A stretch of 64,000 nt of DNA from a bacterium. GTDB lineage: Bacteria > UBA8248 > JACPRG01 > G963555815. The stretch lies in NCBI GenBank assembly GCA_965261595.1, contig CBDHDG010000007.1, positions 224,001 to 288,000 of the forward strand, read 5' to 3'. The position numbers and the translations under genes are program-made. The notes beneath the pieces are model-generated. The model was given only the letters and a program-made list of their open reading frames with translations, was not told the origin of the DNA and searched no databases. Numbering within the stretch: position 1 is the first letter of the stretch; each line of letters begins with the position of its first letter. This document shows, piece by piece, positions 59,790 to 64,000 of this stretch.

Positions 59790-60545
59790 ATGCTGAGGGC
59801 GCTGTTTTCCAGGACGGAGCTCTCCAGTGTTGTCAAGGAGATTGGAAAGCGGGGAGCGCGCAGCTCCGTCTGGATCGTCATTGATGTCCTGCGGGCGACG
59901 ACCAGCATTGTGGCGGCCTTTGAGGCGGGGTGTGCGGCGATCCGTCCTTCCATCGGCATCGCGGAAGCCCGCCGGCTTCGAAAAGGTTCCCGTTCGGGAA
60001 GGCGGATTCTGGCCGGTGAAAGAGACGGAAAACCCATTCGGGGCTTCGATCTGGGAAACTCCCCGAGGGAATTGACCCCGGAGCGGGTCGCCGGGCGGGA
60101 CATCGTCCTCACAACGGGCAACGGCACCCGGACGATCCGGGCCATCTCGGACGCGGGGGCCCGGGAGGTCTGGGTGGCGTCGTTCTCGAACGCCGCGGCC
60201 GTCTCCCTGCGAGCCGCCGATCTCATCAAGAAAAGAGGGTGCGGCTTTGTGAACCTCGTTTGCTCGGGCCGAGACGCCCGGTTTTGCCTGGAAGACGCGG
60301 TGTGCGCCGGACTCATCATCGGCGAATTGCGGGGGAAGGGGATGGAATTGACCGATTCGGCCATGGCGTGTTGGAATCTATATGATCGACACCGGGTGGA
60401 CCTGTTGGGCATGCTCCGGGAATCCTCCTGGGGAAAGCGCCTTCAGGAGATAGGTCTCGGGGCCGATTTAGATTTTTGCGCGCGCACCGGTTGGAGCCGG
60501 ATTGTGCCGGTCTATGCCCGGGGCGTGATCCGGCCGGGAAAGTAA
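59790..60545 (+). CDS. comB: 2-phosphosulfolactate phosphatase family protein
   Basis: IDVLRATT, GERDG, GNSP, TTGNGT and ED..CAG motifs. Confidence 0.9.
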   Translation: MLRALFSRTELSSVVKEIGKRGARSSVWIVIDVLRATTSIVAAFEAGCAAIRPSIGIAEARRLRKGSRSGRRILAGERDGKPIRGFDLGNSPRELTPERVAGRDIVLTTGNGTRTIRAISDAGAREVWVASFSNAAAVSLRAADLIKKRGCGFVNLVCSGRDARFCLEDAVCAGLIIGELRGKGMELTDSAMACWNLYDRHRVDLLGMLRESSWGKRLQEIGLGADLDFCARTGWSRIVPVYARGVIRPGK

Positions 60546-60548
60546 GGC

Positions 60549-61487
60549 GTGATGAAGCGGATAGGAATCGTTTGCAAACCGAAAAAAGACCCGGCCGGGC
60601 CCGTCTTGGCGGAGCTTGTGCGCTGGCTGAAATACCGGGGCCGAGGCGTCTTGCTGGATCGGACGACGGCCGGCCTGATCGGCAGGAAGTCTTCCCACCG
60701 CCGGGAGGACATTCCCGGCCGGGTGGACCTCCTCATCGTCCTGGGCGGCGACGGCACCATGCTGTCGATGGCGCGAATGGCCTTGGGCCTGAACGTCCCG
60801 ATTCTGGGCGTCAACCTCGGCAGCCTGGGTTTCCTGACCGAGGTCCCGTTGGAGCACCTCTACCCGGCGTTGGAGCGGATTTTCGCCGGGGAATACGGGA
60901 TCGAGGAGCGCCCGATGTTGAAAGGCCGGGTGCTGCGCGGCGGGAAGGCGGTCTTCGAACACGAAGTCCTCAACGACGTTGTGATCAGCAAGGCCGCCCT
61001 GGCCCGGATCATCGAGTTGGAATCCTTTGTGGACGGGCGGTTCGTCACAACCTACCGCGCGGACGGATTGATCATCTCCAGTCCGACCGGCTCCACGGGG
61101 CACTCGCTCTCGGCGGGCGGTCCCATCTTGATGCCCTCCCTTCCGGCCATCATTTTGAATCCCATCTGCCCCTTCACGCTCTCGAACCGCCCGCTGGTTC
61201 TCCCCGACGATGTCGTGGTCGAGGTCGTTCTCACCACGCCGGACCAGGACGTTCACGTGACACTCGACGGCCAGGTGGGGTGCGCCCTCCAGGTTCGGGA
61301 CGTGGTCAAAATTCAAAAAGGGCCTCACAAGGTCCGGCTGATCAATCTCCCGGAATACGACTATTTCAGCCTGTTGCGAAACAAGCTGGGGTGGGGGATG
61401 CAGCTGGGGGAGGTCAACCACCAGGGCCCGTCCACCCAAGGGGGGGGGGAATCCGAGCGGCGAAGAAGAGATCGACTCGAATCGTAA
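60549..61487 (+). CDS. nadK: NAD kinase
   Basis: LGGDGT, NLGSLGFL, LND and ADGLIISSPTGSTG motifs. Confidence 0.96.
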   Translation: MMKRIGIVCKPKKDPAGPVLAELVRWLKYRGRGVLLDRTTAGLIGRKSSHRREDIPGRVDLLIVLGGDGTMLSMARMALGLNVPILGVNLGSLGFLTEVPLEHLYPALERIFAGEYGIEERPMLKGRVLRGGKAVFEHEVLNDVVISKAALARIIELESFVDGRFVTTYRADGLIISSPTGSTGHSLSAGGPILMPSLPAIILNPICPFTLSNRPLVLPDDVVVEVVLTTPDQDVHVTLDGQVGCALQVRDVVKIQKGPHKVRLINLPEYDYFSLLRNKLGWGMQLGEVNHQGPSTQGGGESERRRRDRLES

Positions 61488-61623
61488 AACGGAAAAAACC
61501 GTGAATGAACCGGCCGGTCCGGATGGAAAACACGGGCGCAGCCGGAAAATCGGGAAAGGGAAATCCTCGGCCTGAACAGGGGTTTCCATCTCGCCGAACG
61601 CCGCACCACTCCGGCCGGGAGAC

Positions 61624-63345
61624 ATGGTCTTGTTGGCGGCCCTTCAAATCCGGAATTTCGCGCTCATCGAACGGCTTTCAGTGGAATTCGGGCCCGGTCT
61701 GACCGTCCTCACAGGAGAAACCGGAGCGGGGAAGTCCATCATTTTCGGCGCCCTCCAGTTGATATTGGGCGGCCGCGCCTCGGCGGATATCATCCGGACC
61801 GGAGAGAATGAGGCCGCCGTCGAGGCCCTCTTCCAGTTCACCGCGAACGGCCCGGGGGTCGAAACAACGCAACGAATCCGCGACCTGGGAGTCGAGCCCG
61901 GTGAGGAGGGCGAAATGGTGTTGCGGCGCGTCATTCCGGCCGAAGGCAGAAACCGTTGCTTCATCAACGGAAGTCCGGTCACGCTGACCATGCTGGATTC
62001 CGCGGGTGAATTCCTGGTCGACATCCACGGCCAGCACCAGCATCAGCGACTTCTTCACCCCGAGAATCACCTCGAGACCCTGGACGATTTCGGCGAGCTG
62101 CGTGAGCGCCGCAAAGAGATGGCCGGGCTCATCGGCGGGCTTCGCCGGCTGGAGGCCCGTCAGACGGAGCTATCCAGAAGCGAAGCGGACCAGCGGGACC
62201 GCATCGACCTGCTACGATTTCAGACCCGGGAAATCGGGGAAATCAATCCTCTCCCCGGAGAAGACCAAGCGCTGGAGGAGGAGGCCGCTCTGCTCGCAAC
62301 GGCGGAGGAGCGGCATATCCTGGCGCGCGGCGCCCACGAGGAACTTTACGAGTCGGAGGGCGCGCTGGTGGATGGACTGGCGGCCGTCTCGGGCCGGATG
62401 GACCGCCTGGCCGAGCTGGATCCCGTCCTGCGCGAGACGGCCAAAGAGTTCCGCTCCCTGACGGCCCAGGCGGAGGACGCGGCGAGGCGGCTTCAGAGAT
62501 ATGCCGACGCCGTGGATTTCGACTCCGACCAGCAGCGGACTGTGGAAGACCGCCTCGACGTCATCCGGACGGTGAAAAAGAAATACGGCGGATCCATCGA
62601 AGCGGTCCTGGCCCATCAGGAGCGCGCGGCGGCGGAGCTGGAGGGGATCTCGGGACGGGACGAGGCGTTGAAGAAGATCGCCCGAGAGATCGAAGCGGCT
62701 CGTCCCCGGGTCGCGGCGGAGGCCTTGAAGTTTTCCGATGAGCGCAAGAAGACCGCCGCCCGTCTGGGCAAGGCCGTTGAGAAGGAGTTGAGCGGTCTGG
62801 GCATGGGGAAGGTCCGCTTTGTGGTCGCCCTCCGGGACGAGGATAATCCGGACGGTTTCGTTGAACGAAACGGGCGACGGTTGCGGCTGTTCGAGGACGG
62901 CGTGGACCGCGCCGAGTTCCAATTCGAGCCCAATGTGGGAGAGGGGGTCCGGCCCCTGGCGCGCATCGTTTCGGGGGGGGAGCTGTCCCGCGTCATGCTG
63001 GCGATCAAGACCGTCATGGCGGAGCGGGATCGCGTGCCCTCCCTGGTGTTCGATGAGGTGGACGCCGGAATCGGCGGGGCCGTCGCCGAGGTGGTTGGGC
63101 GGAAGCTCAAAGCCATCTCCCGGAGCCACCAGGTGTTCTGCATTACGCATCTTCCGCAAATCGCGGCCCTGGCCGACGCGCATTTCCGAATTGCCAAACA
63201 GGAAAGCGGAAAGCGGACGCGGACCACCATCCTGCCGTTGGGGCCGGAAGAGCGCGTGGATGAGATCGCCCGAATGTCGGGAGGGCGGGAAATCACCGAC
63301 GCCACGCGCCGGCACGCCCGGGAGATGTTGGGGATGAAGGCGTGA
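61624..63345 (+). CDS. recN: DNA repair protein RecN
   Basis: GETGAGKS, HGQH, SGGELSR, FDEVDAGIGG and ITHLPQIA motifs; follows nadK. Confidence 0.97.
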   Translation: MVLLAALQIRNFALIERLSVEFGPGLTVLTGETGAGKSIIFGALQLILGGRASADIIRTGENEAAVEALFQFTANGPGVETTQRIRDLGVEPGEEGEMVLRRVIPAEGRNRCFINGSPVTLTMLDSAGEFLVDIHGQHQHQRLLHPENHLETLDDFGELRERRKEMAGLIGGLRRLEARQTELSRSEADQRDRIDLLRFQTREIGEINPLPGEDQALEEEAALLATAEERHILARGAHEELYESEGALVDGLAAVSGRMDRLAELDPVLRETAKEFRSLTAQAEDAARRLQRYADAVDFDSDQQRTVEDRLDVIRTVKKKYGGSIEAVLAHQERAAAELEGISGRDEALKKIAREIEAARPRVAAEALKFSDERKKTAARLGKAVEKELSGLGMGKVRFVVALRDEDNPDGFVERNGRRLRLFEDGVDRAEFQFEPNVGEGVRPLARIVSGGELSRVMLAIKTVMAERDRVPSLVFDEVDAGIGGAVAEVVGRKLKAISRSHQVFCITHLPQIAALADAHFRIAKQESGKRTRTTILPLGPEERVDEIARMSGGREITDATRRHAREMLGMKA

Positions 63346-63682
63346 TCTCCATCACCCGCCGGGCCGTCATTCCATCGAGGGATCTCGAAGACCGCCGCAA
63401 CGTGAAATCCAAAACTCCTTTTGGCGGGAAGGACACCCCCCGTGACGCATTTCAAACGTCGAAGGCCGCTTCCCCGCACTGCATTCAATCTCTTGCCAAC
63501 CTCACCCCCCGCGCGTATTCTGGCCCTGGTCAGGGGACGACGGGTTGCGGCAAGGCATTCGCGTTTCCCGTCGGCTGGAGGGTTCGCCCGAAGGCATCGA
63601 CATTCCGCGGCCGCACCCGGTTAGACCTCTGTCCATCATCGGAATCATTCAGGTGCCGACACACCTGGAGGAGTGAGCAGGG

Positions 63683-64000
63683 ATGAGCTCAAGCGGAAAA
63701 TCCCCCAACGGCCCGGTGAACGGGCACGGGCTGGAGAATCACGGAATCTCGAATTCCAAAACGGTCTACTGGAACCTTCCCGCCGTCCGGCTGGTGGAGA
63801 TGGCGGTGGCCCGGGGGGAAGGCTTCCTGGCCCCCACGGGCGCGCTGGTCGCCCGCACCGACCCCTTCACGGGACGCACGCCCAAGGACAAGTTCACGGT
63901 CGCCGAAGCGGGGACGGTGGAAAAGATCTGGTGGGGACCCGTCAATCAGAAGATCGAGCCGGACAAGTTCGAGCGGCTGATCGCCAAGGTTCGCGCCCAC
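63683..64000 (+). CDS. pckA: Phosphoenolpyruvate carboxykinase (ATP), runs off the 3' end of the window
   Basis: Hand translation gives MSSSGKSP...VYWNLPAVRLVEMAVARGEG...GALVART.PFTGRTPKDKF...IWWG; GGAGGA RBS. Not in the ORF track because no stop codon is reached. Confidence 0.9.
   Translation, partial: MSSSGKSPNGPVNGHGLENHGISNSKTVYWNLPAVRLVEMAVARGEGFLAPTGALVARTDPFTGRTPKDKFTVAEAGTVEKIWWGPVNQKIEPDKFERLIAKVRAH

Noticed and set aside
59761..59796. GGAGG + ATG at 59770 giving MSAKNALC* just before comB
   Set aside because: Could be a 1-bp frameshift of the comB start or a chance mini-ORF; comB is complete from ATG 59790, so the evidence is insufficient.

Overview
High-GC bacterial chromosomal segment. 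Gene order resembles Deltaproteobacteria/Nitrospinota-like genomes, but that placement is inference only. The conserved housekeeping backbone runs: metG, TatD-radical SAM fusion, ymdB-rny-5-FTHF cyclo-ligase-6S RNA-zapA-zapB, pheT-pheS, rplT-rpmI-infC-thrS, tRNA-Val, lon-clpX-clpP-tig, a five-tRNA cluster, rph/rdgB, pyrE, an SbcD/SMC pair, comB, nadK, recN and the start of pckA. Interspersed accessory genes: a ComD/ComE-like decarboxylase, a triple-domain Rid protein, a TRAP transporter with an EutD/DoeA-like M24 hydrolase, tandem MFS paralogues, a DRE-TIM enzyme with a Zn-ADH and a cupin, a type III PKS and a CLC transporter. Three mobile-DNA signals are readable directly in the sequence. (1) A 907-bp transposase-less cassette between rplT and pheS, with 85-bp terminal inverted repeats, an exact 8-bp target duplication, paired NrdR-box-like motifs in each end and one AT-rich passenger gene; this is the most interesting item. 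(2) An integrase-less AbiE toxin-antitoxin islet at tRNA-Pro whose toxin is frameshifted by a 7-bp tandem duplication. (3) A decayed IS3-family element with a 4-bp target duplication. No CRISPR array or rRNA was seen.
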